Shown: piece after piece, positions 38,305 to 52,125 of the stretch
Layout of the letters: every line of letters begins with the position of its first letter
Numbering within the stretch: position 1 is the first letter of the stretch
Source: Octopus bimaculoides
Lineage: Eukaryota
Direction: 5' to 3'
DNA: 64,000 nt
Assembly (NCBI RefSeq): GCF_001194135.2
Contig: NC_069002.1
Span: forward strand, 28,838,831-28,902,830
Notes under the pieces: model-generated
Databases searched by the model: none
Told to the model about the DNA's origin: nothing
Seen by the model: only the letters and a program-made list of their open reading frames with translations
Position numbers and translations under genes: made by a program

Positions 38305-39100
38305 NNNNNNNNNNNNNNNNNNNNNNNNNNNNNNNNNNNNNNNNNNNNNNNNNNNNNNNNNNNNNNNNNNNNNNNNNNNNNNNNNNNNNNNNNNNNNNNN
38401 NNNNNNNNNNNNNNNNNNNNNNNNNNNNNNNNNNNNNNNNNNNNNNNNNNNNNNNNNNNNNNNNNNNNNNNNNNNNNNNNNNNNNNNNNNNNNNNNNNNN
38501 NNNNNNNNNNNNNNNNNNNNNNNNNNNNNNNNNNNNNNNNNNNNNNNNNNNNNNNNNNNNNNNNNNNNNNNNNNNNNNNNNNNNNNNNNNNNNNNNNNNN
38601 NNNNNNNNNNNNNNNNNNNNNNNNNNNNNNNNNNNNNNNNNNNNNNNNNNNNNNNNNNNNNNNNNNNNNNNNNNNNNNNNNNNNNNNNNNNNNNNNNNNN
38701 NNNNNNNNNNNNNNNNNNNNNNNNNNNNNNNNNNNNNNNNNNNNNNNNNNNNNNNNNNNNNNNNNNNNNNNNNNNNNNNNNNNNNNNNNNNNNNNNNNNN
38801 NNNNNNNNNNNNNNNNNNNNNNNNNNNNNNNNNNNNNNNNNNNNNNNNNNNNNNNNNNNNNNNNNNNNNNNNNNNNNNNNNNNNNNNNNNNNNNNNNNNN
38901 NNNNNNNNNNNNNNNNNNNNNNNNNNNNNNNNNNNNNNNNNNNNNNNNNNNNNNNNNNNNNNNNNNNNNNNNNNNNNNNNNNNNNNNNNNNNNNNNNNNN
39001 NNNNNNNNNNNNNNNNNNNNNNNNNNNNNNNNNNNNNNNNNNNNNNNNNNNNNNNNNNNNNNNNNNNNNNNNNNNNNNNNNNNNNNNNNNNNNNNNNNNN

Positions 39101-40170
39101 GTGAACCGACAAGTGACCATCGATGAGATGGCATGTTTTCTGCAAATTAGTCGCGTTTCTTATTTCTTTATTTCCTACAGGGGGCTAAACATAGAGGGGA
39201 CAAACAACGACAGACAAAGGGATTAAGTCGATTACATCGACCCCAGTGCGTAACTGGTACTTAATCTATCGACCCCGAAAGGATGAAAGGCAAAGTCGAC
39301 CTCGGCGGAATTTGAACTCAGAACGTAACGGCAGACGAAATACCGCTAAGCATTTCGCCCGGCATGCTAACGATTCTGCCAGCTCGCCTGCAAATTAGTC
39401 GCGTTTCTGCATACGAAATCATTTACAAGCCTCGCTTCTTCAAAGTGTATGCGAGATGGATGCCATGAAAGGTTACCGAAGTGCATAAGCACGATCGTGT
39501 GGATATTTGTGAACGCTTACCCGACCGCTACAACGATGAAGGTGATTATTTTGGAGAGAATAGTCACGCGAGAAGCGACATTGATCCATCATCTTGAGCC
39601 AGAATCCAAAAGGCAGAGTATGGAGTGGAAACGCCTGGAATCACCAACGAAAGAGAAATTCAGGACAATATTCCGCAACAAACGTGATACTAAACGTTTC
39701 TTGAGACGCTAAGGGGCCTATACTAGAACATTACCTGGAAAACGGGTTTACGGTGAAATACTCGCCAACGAACTGAAATCACCAGTTCACACCAAACGCC
39801 AATGTCTATTGTTAAAGCAAGCGTTATCGTTGCACGACAATGCACGCCCACATACGACCGCCCACACCGTTGAAACCGTTGAAAAATTGTGTTTCGAGTT
39901 TATAGTCCAGATCTCGTCCCTCCCGACTATTACATATTTTGACCGATCAGACATCCTTTCCGAGGTCGTCAATTTGCTACGGAGTGAGAAGCGAAGGAAG
40001 TCGTGTAAAAATAGCTGCACGACTAACCAAAGACCTTCTTCTAACACGGTATAAGTAAGCTTGTGGACTACTGGACGACGTACATTGAAAAGCAAGAAGA
40101 CTACGTCGAAATAATGTAATAGCTCAACACCTGCTTTTGTTTTCATAAATTATAGCAACAAGAGTGCGAA
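39101..40170 (+). mobile_element. Decayed mariner transposase interrupted by a SINE
   Basis: NRQVTIDEMA, ARWMP, EPESKRQSMEW, LHDNARPHTT, YSPDLVPPDY; the 5' part is lost in the gap. Confidence 0.85.
39161..39387 (-). mobile_element. Full-length family-B SINE with 20-21 bp TSD
   Basis: CTGCAAATTAGTCGCGTTTCT occurs at 39140-39160 and 39388-39408. Confidence 0.9.
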
Positions 40171-40692
40171 CAATTTTTGATTTACACACACAGATAGATA
40201 GATAGATAGATATAACATACACACACACATATGTGTTGTTTATGAATATATTTATATACTTGTATATTTGGTTGGAAAGACGCTATGTCGATCTTCAAGA
40301 TGGGAAAGGAAACAACGCTTCTTTGGTCGTAATTGATATATTTAATCAAGATAATAATCCCTTCGTTATTAATAACATAATCCCATCTATTCGGCAAACT
40401 GTTGATCCCTCAGGCATAAAATTCTTCAGGTTTCGAAGCAAAGAAACATTCAATAATCATATTTAACCACTTCACAATTACTGAACCGTGTTCCATACAA
40501 ATAATGTCTTATCAGAATCATGAAAACAACCTTGCTGAAGCCTTTATAAGAACCAAAAAGAATTCAAGGTGAAGAGCGTAGGCTCGAAACATTAAAGACG
40601 TTCTCTATTCCCGAGCGTTATACTAATACATCCATTTGCTGTTTTCACCGCCTGTCTTCGTCTGTTGTTTTTTCGTGAATTCTCCTACATAC

Positions 40693-40767
<75 letters not shown>

Positions 40768-40899
40768 ACTAGCGCGCTAAAAACCGTAAATACATCAATT
40801 TCACTTTTTCTGCTGCTCCTAAAGAGAATGTAGGTTTGCCTTTCTGAACCACGAGTTTCTTAATTGTTAAAAATTGTTGATTTCTTACCCTTTTTTACT

Positions 40900-42860
40900 G
40901 CTGTCGGTGTTCTTTTCGACATACTACCTGCGTAAGCAGGGTTGCGTGATTTTGTTTTTTACCCTGTTAAGGGGCGAGTTTTTTTTATTTTTTACACATG
41001 GATACCGAGCAAGAAAACAAGATGCAGAAGGACGAGCTATATCAGAAAACGTTCCCCTCCCTCCCAGGTTGTATAGCGAGGGAAAGGGAGAATATGAACG
41101 AACAAGAAATGCAAAAAGAAGCCAACTTGGAAAATAATAACAACGCTAACTTTGCATCTGTGGCCGGTGTTACCAGTGAAATTGTGCAGGTCGGCCTGGA
41201 CGTTCTGGAAAAATATATGTGTTTAAGCAAAAAGGAAGGAACAAACGTAAAACTGAACCCGCCTGGAGATGTAATTCACAATACGAAGAGACAAACAATT
41301 GTATACAAAACTTGGTCTCTTAAAAAAAAAAAAAAGATTGATAAAGCTACTAAGGAGTCTGTCGGAAAATGCCTACAGCCAATATGGAATAAAATAACGA
41401 ACATAAACAGAGGAAAGCGCTACGGAACTATCGAAGTAAGATTTCGCTTCTGAAGATGAAGCCAAGAAGCATTCAACGCCTCCGCTAAATTCAAATGAAT
41501 TAGTGCTGCTGCCAACATATTTAGGCAAGAGAAGGTTAAAAGTAAAAATAGATAAGATTCCGCCGGAAATCGACGTGGCATGGCTGGTGGCAGCTATATT
41601 ACTATATTTGGAGGATAAAATTACCATCCTTCAAGCCTCCAAGCTGCGTCAGCAGAACTGATGGGGCCAGGGCCTAGAACTCGTAATTCAGGCCACTCAG
41701 CAAGATTTTGAGGATCTGCCAGACCAAATTTTCCTGCCAGACGAAACTACTCTAAAAGTATTAGTGGAGGGGCGAAGGTCAAGTTGCTACCTGTGCGGCT
41801 TGAAAGGACATATTTAAACTGAATGCACCAACAGAATCCCCTACAGACAGTGATCCCTCACAAACTGAAAAAGCCACAGGTACCCCAAAAGAGACGTCCA
41901 ATACTGTAATAACACAACACACATCAATAATAGTGCGAGAAGAGACAAGATAACCAAAAATTGACGCATCTGAGAAAGCAACTTCAACCACGTCTGAAGA
42001 AGTAGAGAATGAATGGAAGGAGGTTAAAAAAGACGCAAGAGGATGAACAACTCCACTGCACACTCTACCACACAAAGTACCGAAACACCCACATGCACAC
42101 CCCACACACATAAAACTCAAAGGCCCAACTCGCTACCTGCTGATACGATTATCATAACCGCATTTAATACGGACAACACTTAGTACAAATGATAAGCAAA
42201 AATGAAAATATATCCCCATATGAAGCCCCAACGCTCCCGAACATACCAGAACATACCAGAACATATAAAATTTATATGCATAGACAGCATGTCATACATA
42301 GATTTAAAAGAAAAGCATCCAAATGACGTAGGTTCATTACAAAGAACGTTTACGAAACATCTCTATACTTATTTCAAATACCCGACAAGTCACAGCACCC
42401 AGAAAAATCCTCCCTAGCTAAAACGTACACCACTGATGCACATCTTCTTCGGAAAAATAGCTTTGAACTCAGAAACTGTCATTTGTAACTATTTTCCTAT
42501 GAATAAGGTCAGATTATCTTTTACGTTTTGAATCCTATCTTAATGCTTCAATTGTACTTAAACGAGTGATGAATTATGAAGAAGAAAAAAAGCCCTGGCT
42601 AAAATGTTTTCTAAGAGGAGGATATTGTGGACTAGAAGGCTTGATGGGGATTGGGCCAATATTTATTTTTATACTAAATGGACGACCTAAATATAACAAT
42701 ATGTTCAGTTAACTGTTGGGGCCTTAACGACAATAAAAAAAGAAAGGATGTTTTGCATTTTCTGAGAGCGAAAAAATATAAAATGTACCTATTGCAAGAC
42801 ACTCAATTTTTAAAAGAAAAACAAGCTCTCATTAGAAGTGTTAGTTTTTCAGATAATTTC
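40900..42860 (+). mobile_element. L1/Tx1-like LINE 5' part: ORF1 plus start of the ORF2 APE endonuclease
   Basis: ORF1 from 40998 with CCHC knuckle CYLCGLKGHI.TEC; ORF at 42678 reads SVNCWGLNDNKKRKDV...LLQDTQ; 3'-truncated. Confidence 0.8.
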
Positions 42861-42869
42861 ATGTTTACT

Positions 42870-43810
42870 CCTTTGGCTAAAACACAAGCATAAGAAGTGG
42901 GAGGAGAGGTTTGTAATATTTTGTGTGCCTGTGCGTCTTTTTTTCTTTTTTGAATCGGTGGGAAAGGGTGGGTTTGGAGGCGGAGGTTGAGAAGGTATGG
43001 GTGAGATGGGTACGGGTTGGGGTTCACATTGACATTCCTTCTTCCACTTCCTTCTCCCTCCAGCGACCTTCCACGTTTCATCCTCGTTCGTTTTTACCCT
43101 TTTTCCACCCTCCCCGGCTCCTTCTCGCCTTCCTCCTGAGCTTCTTTGTTGTTTTTAAGAGGGCAGTCCGCTCTAATGTGGCCCTTTTGGCCACATTTAT
43201 AGCAACGAGGGATTCTGCCCTCTACCCACACTCTCAACACCGTTTCTCCCACTGTCACCGTTTCCGCCATCTTTTCCAAACGTTCCACCGTTCTTTGTAT
43301 AATGATGTCTAGTATCTTTCCATTTGGGATCAATTCTAGGTGAGATCCTGCCCACCCTGATCCTGGTAACATGTTTACCCAAGTAAGTGGGCAGGAGTGT
43401 CCATTTTTCCCCACGTAGAACCTCAGTGGAGTGTCTTCTTGCTTCCTCTTCAGAGACAAAGATAACCGCCAGAGGCGTATCTTCTTCCTCAAGTATAAAA
43501 CGTTATACTTTCCTTCAACTTTTCCAGACATTCGTCCATCTCCTCCTGCGTCTTACTTTGTTTTGAAAACGTTCTGTAAATTATCACTTTGCTTTCCATC
43601 TTCATCTTGTCTTCCGCTGGGATGAGGGGCTCAACTTTGTGTTCGACCGCTCCTTCTTTACCATATCTTGAAATTTCTTAAGCAGGTCTAAATTACAATA
43701 CAGTTCATTCTGTTCCAGCATGCCATGAAGGAAAGAGGGCAATATTGCTTCACATTCAGGCAGCCTTGAATAAGGATCAGGACCGAACGTCTTCCAGCGC
43801 ACATCTAAAT
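42870..43810 (-). mobile_element. Related LINE ORF1 fragment
   Basis: VWVEGRIPRCYKCGQKGHIRADC CCHC knuckle, in the same context as the plus-strand copy. Confidence 0.75.
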
Positions 43811-44212
43811 ATTTATTGAAAAACTTTAAGTCTAAATCTTATACACAGCTGCTGATATAGAAGAGGAGGACTGCAAATCAACGAACACAATCTATCAACC
43901 CATTCCGCCGTCAAAATTACACGGTCGAACAAATTTCTCTAATCACTGAGTATTTGGGTACAGATTAATATTTCGCATTATCCATTTCTCTCAAGAATTG
44001 AACCTACACCCTTATAACAATGAGCCAAATATCTTTAACCGCTTAACCACGTGCTTTCACAACAAATTTAACAGTATTTACATTTATAAACACACGTAGA
44101 TTAATTTCCGTTTCTTCATACTATTCTCCATATGAATCTTTATCACCATTCCCGCCACCGAAATTATCTTGAACACACTATACTTCAATAACCCAATCAT
44201 TCTCTCCCTTCA

Positions 44213-44454
44213 TTAACCCTTAAAGCGCAAAATTCAATTTCATGGTTATTCCAATAATTATATCTGCCAAAAATTGAATTGGTATTTTTTGAAAGTCACT
44301 CTAGCCTCATTAAACTTGACATATCTCAACACAAAATAGTTTCAAACATGACATTCCGCAACACAATATAGACTGGTACAGAAAACAGTTTTCTGCAGGT
44401 AAGAGTAATGAAATTTTGAGTGAATATATCCAGTTTCCACCGTAAAAGTGTTAA
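44213..44454. mobile_element. Possible piggyBac-type MITE
   Basis: TTAA|CCCTT ... AAGTG|TTAA ends only; weak TIR match. Confidence 0.3.
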
Positions 44455-44878
44455 CCTTGATGGTTAAAGTAGAAAATGGTCAAAGGTATGGAATTAATAA
44501 AAGACCTCGGAGAAAACTGTTTTGAGTGACTTGTGTCATTTTAAGATCATGTGATATAGAAACATGAGGTACTAATCTATATAGTACGTTTGCATGTAAT
44601 AAAATTTTCTGTTCATTACTTTATTTTACGATGTTCCTGAAGATCGAATTAAAGAGCAGTTTGACCTGTTTGACATTTGTTTAACTTCACTGATCGCTGC
44701 ATCTTACTCTGTAATTAGCACGAACTCACGTGTGCACACGCATGCGCTCAATCGCACATACGTTCATGCATACATGCAACGCAAACAGGTTTCTCCGTAT
44801 GAGAACACGCATTATATTCGAGGTGGTACTGAAATATACACTCACTCACAATTACACATACATACATACATGTACATG

Positions 44879-44927
<49 letters not shown>

Positions 44928-45573
44928 GCACCTAATCACTAGTACATTCATGCATGCATGGGTACATATATACATACATATGCAAACATGTACACCAACC
45001 TGAGTACATGTATCTACCTATATACACACATACACATACATACACATATATATGTATATATATGCACAGGCAGACACATGTAATTCAGAAACTTCACACA
45101 TACACACTAAAGCGTGTATATATTCACAACAATGAACGCCATTGAAAACATAAATAAATACTTACATGCATATATGTGCGTTTGTGTGTGTATGTGTGTG
45201 TGTAAATATGTATGTATGTATGTATTTATAATGTATGTATTTGCATACATACATGCATGTATGTATATATTTACATACATACATGCATGTATGGAAGATA
45301 ATGCGAAACGTATGAAGATAACATGCATACACATACGCACACATACTCAAAGCTCCACAAACAAGAAGCCTTATATGGAAACATAAAATGTATAGAATAT
45401 AATGCATATATTCACATGTACACACATGCATGTATAGAGTACGTACAAAAAATACAATGCAGATACATATGCATACAGACACGCGCACTTACATAATGCA
45501 CTCTATCTTCCAACACACAGCTCATTATTTTCCGTCAGTTGTTGACAACTCAGTATAAGTTTTATTATCATCA

Positions 45574-45605
<32 letters not shown>

Positions 45606-46049
45606 TTTATTTTTATTGAAACAGTAAAGATTAATTGGGAATAATATTGAAGCAGTGAAGCCAAAGATATAACCAGAAAAAAAAAGAATGGTGGAAATTA
45701 ACTGGTGCTGGAACATACTAAGTTGATAAATAGCTCCCCGTGTCGAAGTTTAAAATCCCTAAAGCAATATTAAGCACTCGCAAGCAAACGAGAAACAATT
45801 AAACTGTCAAGACACGTCTAATTTCTAAACCATCAACCATCTATTTAAATAATATAAAATAAAATAAGAAAATGGCAACATTTTTATGAATCGAAAAGCA
45901 AAATCTACTTCAAATGACTCAGCAACTCTCAGCCAACCATTAGCGATTTTCGCCAACTCTGGAGATTATGGAAGAATCTTTTCACATGTTAATAATAATA
46001 ATAATAATAATAATATCATCGTCATTATTATTATAACTACTACTGCTTA

Positions 46050-46255
46050 AGGCTATTCAGAACCGTTACCGTAGCGGATAAAATGTCTTGCGGTAATTTT
46101 TCCGGCTTTACGTTCTGAAAAGTTCCACCGAGTTCGACTTGATCAGTCATATCTTTCAGGGTCGATATAATAAGTACCAGTTGAGCACTGCGGTTGACAT
46201 AATCGACTTACACCTCCCCCGAACTTGCTGGCCATGTGACAAAATTTGAAACCCA
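46050..46255 (+). mobile_element. Family-B SINE, diverged
   Basis: TTACGTTCTGA...GGGTCGATATAATAAGTACCAG domain. Confidence 0.65.
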
Positions 46256-46280
46256 TTATGATCATTATTATTATTATTGC

Positions 46281-46316
<36 letters not shown>

Positions 46317-46386
46317 CATCATCATCAGCAGCAGCATCACTATTATTATTATCATCATCATCACTATTATTATTATTATTATTATT
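46255..46386. repeat. (ATT/ATC)n microsatellite
   Basis: Direct inspection; also forms the tail of the adjacent LINE. Confidence 0.9.
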
Positions 46387-47150
46387 TAAGACGTCGCATA
46401 GTATCCAATATCGTAATGTTGTTGATTGAAGATAGTGTCTCCTGGGGGTTTGTACTGTGTCAAGTCAAACAAAGACCTCAAACAAACAGTACTTTACGTA
46501 ATATGCGTGCAGTTCCAAGTAATGCCGATTTTTAGAATACATCTAGATTGTAGAGTATTTCTAAAGTTCCCAGATGTTTTTTTTTCTAGGTTGGGTCGTA
46601 TTGAACCCAATGCTCCGATGACAATAGGGACAACCTTTATGTTTGACTCTCATAGCTGCCACGTCTTGGCGATCTCAATTCTCAGGTCTCCATATTTATC
46701 AATATTTTCTCTTCCTTTCGTGATGATATGTTGATCTCCTGGCATTGCAACGTCGATTATAAGGCACTCTTGCTTGTCCCTCCCAAAGGTTACTATATCT
46801 GGCCTTTGGTGCTCTAACACCTTGTCTGTCTGGAAGTCAAAGTCTCAGAAGATTTTTGCCTTCCCCTTTTCGTCCATTACCTTTTCCGATGTACGTTGGT
46901 ACCAAGGACCCTTTACTACGTATCCATGCTTCCGGCATAGTAGCCAGAAAGGTTTTGGGATACCTTGTGTCTGCGCTTGTAATCTTTCTGCGCAAGACTT
47001 TCACAAATACTAACAATGTGAGTCACGCTTTCGACCCCCTTCCCACACATTCTGCAAAGGTTCGTTGCACTTGTGTGGTATACATCCCTTTTCACTGAGT
47101 TGGTATTCAATGCCTGATCCTGGGCAGCGATGATTAGGCTTTCAGTCTTC
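46387..47150 (-). mobile_element. R4/Dong-like LINE 3' end
   Basis: TESLIIAAQDQALNT, CRMCGKGVESVTHIVSIC, RPDIV, IIDVAMPGD, VVPIVIGALG, GTAHILRKVL; 3' UTR then (TAA)n. Confidence 0.9.
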
Positions 47151-47559
47151 TTTTTTCGGCCACTCTTGTTGAGCCCCCCCCCCACCTCCCTGATGCTTCC
47201 TGGTCTTTTAATTTGTTAGTTTCACGGTAGAACTGAACATGTAATTCCATGCGGAGTAGGGTTTCTTCTCTCTCGTTGGCTATTCGTGATCGGAATTCAT
47301 AAGCACTCTCAAGTCCATTATTATTATTATTATTACTATTATTATTATTTTCATTAGCATCTTCTTTCAATTCCGTTTCCATTTCTTGCCGAGTGTCTTC
47401 CTGATACCTTGGGCAGAGAAACATACTGTATACATTGGTAGGCCATTAAAATAAACACACCAGATTGTTCATTTACAAAGTCATGTGATAGAGAAAAAGG
47501 GGAAGACAGAGACAAAAATAAAAAATTAAATTAAAAAGTAAACTAATAAAGGGTGAAGA

Positions 47560-49245
47560 AGGGAAGAAAATTCACAGCGACAATGCTCTTCTCAATGTGT
47601 GTGACCAGTTGCCAGTTAAGACAATCTTTTGCACTTTCTACAAGGATGGTAATCCAGGGATCATTCTTAAATAATTTTCAGCTCCTTTTTTTTAATCATT
47701 CCAATCACTCCTACAATCACTGGTATTGTAACCGTCTTAAGATGCCACATCTTTTCGATTAGCAAATCTTTATATTTTCTGAGCTTATCAAATTCTTTTG
47801 CCGAGATATTATGGTCACAGAGTATGCTCCTCATGTCAATCAATAAACAGACTATTGTTTTGGTCTTTCACAACAATATCAGGTTCATTTGCTTTGATGA
47901 TCTGGTCTGTACATACTGGGAAGCCCCAAAGAATAGTTACATTTTCTCCCTCAGTTACAGCCTCTGAGAGGTGCTTGTACCAGTTGTCAGCAGTTTTGAC
48001 TTTATCCAATGTAGATATTGGCCAATTCTTTCATATCTTGATTTGTACTCTACAGGTGCTAAAACCTTACATCCAGAGATTAGGTGGTCCACTGTTTCTA
48101 TCCCATTGTTGCAGTATCGTCACTTTGGGTTTACCATTTTTCATCACATTGGCTTGATAGTTCCGAGTCAATAAGCTCTGATCTTGGGCAGTCAAGATAA
48201 AGCATCCAATATCGGCCTTTAGCCCCGAGCTCCGTAGTCACTGATGAGTGTGCTTCTAATCTACATCAGCTTGTTTGCAACGGGCCACATATTTGCCAGG
48301 CAGAGGTTTTTGTTCCCACCTAACAGCCAACTGTTCAAACACTTTGCTATCCTTCATAACAGAAGTCTTTCATGGTTATCAACGGGCCTTAGCATTCAGT
48401 CGTTAGATGTTTCATGATATTTTGCCAGCCCAGTTGAGGTGGTTTTGTAGATTTCAAATTGGATCAAGCCTCGACCTCCTTAATCTCTGGGTAGGTAAAG
48501 ATGATCTGCATCTGCCTTTGGGTGGAACATCTTATTGCAAGTTGGCAGCTTACGGATTTTCTTGTCAATCTTCCTTATTTCGCTCATATTCCAGTTCAAC
48601 ACATTGAAACTGTAAATAACAACTGGAACTGCTAAGGAATCCATGGCTAACACCTTGTTACGTGCATTTAACTCAGATTTTAGGACTGCTCGAACTCTTC
48701 TGTAACACTCCTTCCTGATCTTTTTCATACTTGCATTGCTGAATGCCAGAGCCCTCATTTATTCTGCGATATTTTTAAGTTTGTTCCTGCTCGAATTCTT
48801 TTATGATTGTGTCAACATCCAACACCACTGAATGTGAGGTCTTCAGTTTCCCTTTCTGGAAAGTGGCCTTGGTACATTTATCAAGGCCAAATTCCATCCC
48901 AGTCTCATCACTGAATGCTTTCACGATATGTAGTTGTCCTTCGAACTCATTATCGTCTTTGCCATAGAGTTTTAAGTCATCCATATAAAATAGATAACTT
49001 ATTTTCTTGTCGCCAATTTTATATCCATACCTTGTTCTGTTGAGTTCATTTGTAAGTGGTATTAGAGCTATGCTGAAAATTAAAAGTGAGTCACCTTGGA
49101 AAATGCCACGGTTGATATTAATATTTTTTGTGGTCAGTACCCCATTAGAGTGGTATGACTGGAGATTCGTATTTCATATTCAGGAAGTTTGAAATCACAG
49201 AAGATTTCAAGATCCATGAATGTGGTATGCTGTCGAAGGCTTTTA
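47560..49245 (-). mobile_element. R4/Dong-like LINE, RT through REL endonuclease (decayed)
   Basis: KAFDSIPHSWI, RGIFQGDS, FYMDDLKLY, LYLPR..GGRGL, ETVDHLISGC, PVIVGVIG. Confidence 0.9.
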
Positions 49246-49266
49246 TTATTATCATTATTATTATTA

Positions 49267-50399
49267 TTGGGTTAGCAACTAAGTTCCTGCCGTTTTTTTT
49301 AATTTTGGAATTTATTGCGTTTTTAAATTTTGGAATCTATTTNNNNNNNNNNNNNNNNNNNNNNNNNNNNNNNNNNNNNNNNNNNNNNNNNNNNNNNNNN
49401 NNNNNNNNNNNNNNNNNNNNNNNNNNNNNNNNNNNNNNNNNNNNNNNNNNNNNNNNNNNNNNNNNNNNNNNNNNNNNNNNNNNNNNNNNNNNNNNNNNNN
49501 NNNNNNNNNNNNNNNNNNNNNNNNNNNNNNNNNNNNNNNNNNNNNNNNNNNNNNNNNNNNNNNNNNNNNNNNNNNNNNNNNNNNNNNNNNNNNNNNNNNN
49601 NNNNNNNNNNNNNNNNNNNNNNNNNNNNNNNNNNNNNNNNNNNNNNCTTTAAGTGACAACAACAAATATCAACGAGCCACAATCTCCGCTGGTTTGCTTC
49701 CTCGTCACCGCTCAACTCATGGACACAAGCAACGATTTCTTTAGCGAATCGTTACTGGCGACGAAAAATGGTGCCTGTACATTAATATGAAGCAGCGTAA
49801 GGAATAGTTTAGCCCCGGTAAACAAGCGACACTGCGCGTGAAACAAGATCTTCATTCGTGTAAAACGATGTTGTGTGTATGGTGGGACTGGGAAGGGATT
49901 ATCCATTACGAATTGCTTGAACGGAACCAAACGGTCAACGCGGAACTCTATGTTCAACAGGTGGAACGACTCAATACGGCTATTCAAGAGAAAAGGCCTA
50001 ATCGTCAGCATGGAGTTCTTCTGCTGCACGACAACGCCCGCCCTCATTTTGCCAATATGACTAAGGAAGACATTCAAATGCATGGCTGAGAAGTGCTGCC
50101 ACACCTGCCGTACTCTACTGATTTGGCACCAACGGATTTCCACCTCTTTCGATCTCTTTCAAATGCTATGCGCGGAGTTTCGTTCAATACTGATGCAGAA
50201 TTAAGAGCTTGGTTGGATCAATTTTTCGAGTCGAAATCGGGTGATTTCTACCAACGAGGTATTGAAAATCTTGTTGAACGTTGGGAAGAAGTTGTAAACA
50301 ACATGGGTGAATACATTATTGATTAATTAGTTGTTTTCTTATTAAACCTTTTAAAAAAATTAAATTTAAAAAACGGCGGGAACTTAGTTGCCAACCCAA
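49267..50399 (+). mobile_element. Mariner (DD34D) element with TIRs and TA TSD
   Basis: TIRs TTGGGTTAGCAACTAAGTTCC / GGAACTTAGTTGCCAACCCAA; IVTGDEKW, HDNARPH-34-D spacing, YSTDLAPTDFHLFRSL; internal stops; the 5' part is in a gap. Confidence 0.95.
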
Positions 50400-50401
50400 T
50401 A

Positions 50402-50700
50402 TTATATGTTCGACATTTGCTTTGTATAAGTTGGTTCCAAGTCTCACCCAGAGATTTCATGAGACAAGTCAAAAGTTCATGTTGGTATTATGCCTAGGGT
50501 GCCATATATTTGGTTTTGCACGTAGTATTGTTCTAGAAAATGTTTACGAAAACTAAATTATGAGATTGTTTTAAAATTTGAGATTATATAGACTATTTTA
50601 CGGAGGATATGGGCAGTTCCCATGAGCACTATCTTCTGAATTTCTGCCAATTTGGGGTTTCCTGGTATCTGAGCTAGGTAGGAATCAGCCCCTTTTGCTT
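50402..50700 (-). mobile_element. 5'-truncated R4/Dong-like LINE 3' end
   Basis: KGADSYLAQIPGNPKLAEIQKIVLMGTAHILR plus 3' UTR; its TAA-rich tail is split by the mariner. Confidence 0.8.
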
Positions 50701-51935
50701 ATTATTATTATTATTATTGTTGTTGCTATTATTATTATTATTATTACTATTATTAACTGTTGTTGTTGTTGTCACATATAAGTTCTTACACGCCAAAAAT
50801 AATATCTTAGCAACGAAAATCTAACATTTGGCTTTTACAAAGACAAATTTTATAAATAATTGGTAATGTGTTGATAGACAATCGTTGTAAAAGAAAATGT
50901 GCTGAAGAATAACAGTGAAAAATATATGAGAAACGTCAATAATTATGACGGCTCTGACGGAGCAGACATCTGATCGAAAGTGATGCTCCATCTGAGACTA
51001 GTCCCTTTTCGTTTTCTATTCTCACGACTACATTGTCCAATGTCACCGATTCTTTAACACTGTTAGGAGAGATTTGAGAAAGTTTTGACTTCTATTTCTA
51101 GCAGGTCAATGGACCATCTAGAACAGGTAAGATATAAACAACCGTTTTCGAGAAGCGGGATGCATGAGGCATAGCTCATTGCCAGGCAGACCGCACTACT
51201 AAAAAAAAAAAATCAAGGTTTATTTTTGGTTAGTGTGCCATTCAGGAAGTCCCACAGACCGCAGTTTGCTTATGAGTGGTCTAGAAACTCCCTCGTTGAC
51301 TCGTCAGTGACTAAGGTCGTATAGAATTATATGGGAGTCTATAAAAAGAGAAACTGTTAAAATATTTATATTAAATGATGCAAACGGAATATATTTAACC
51401 CTAGAAATACCAGATATTTCAGCAATCTAAAACTGTGATTCTCAAACTTTTCTTGCCCCATACTCTATTTCTGGTTTCCACTAAGTAAAACGTGCGCACC
51501 ATCATCAACGTTCAACTTTAGCGCCCTTTTTCAGCTGACAATGTACCTAAGGGGTAGCTATCTTTCAAATCATGAAGAATTAGTCTAACCAACACTGTAG
51601 ATTTTAGAATGAATATATTTTAGAATGACTAGAGAAGTGTTTTGAATTTTTGCGGATAAAACCTGAATGACGTTATAACTTAGAAAAATAACTGCAAAAT
51701 ACCAACGCCTGCTGCTGCTAAAATTAGCAGTAAAGTAAAAGCTAACATAATATATATATAGCAAATAAATTTATGGCCTGATGATTTGTATATTGAGAAC
51801 TAGTTTTGTCCGTAGAATTAAGTTAGATTCTATAATCTTCCAAACAGAGGATCTGGGTATTATTTTCTAATGAAGAAATTTCTTTTTAATATGCGTCTGG
51901 TGCTCCATTATCGTAATATTTTTGCCAGTTCTTGC

Positions 51936-52125
51936 GGCAGTGAGCTGGCACAATCGTCACTGCACTTTCTACTGACTTTACGTTCTGAGTTCAAATGCCG
52001 TCGGGGTCGACTTTACTTTTCATCCTTTTGGGGTCAATAAAATAAGAACCAGTTGAACACTGACGTTGATGTAATCGACGTATCCCTTCTCCCGAAATTG
52101 CTGGCGTTGTACCAAAATTTAAATC
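51936..52125 (+). mobile_element. Family-B SINE
   Basis: Head, B-box and central domain present; internal deletion. Confidence 0.75.
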
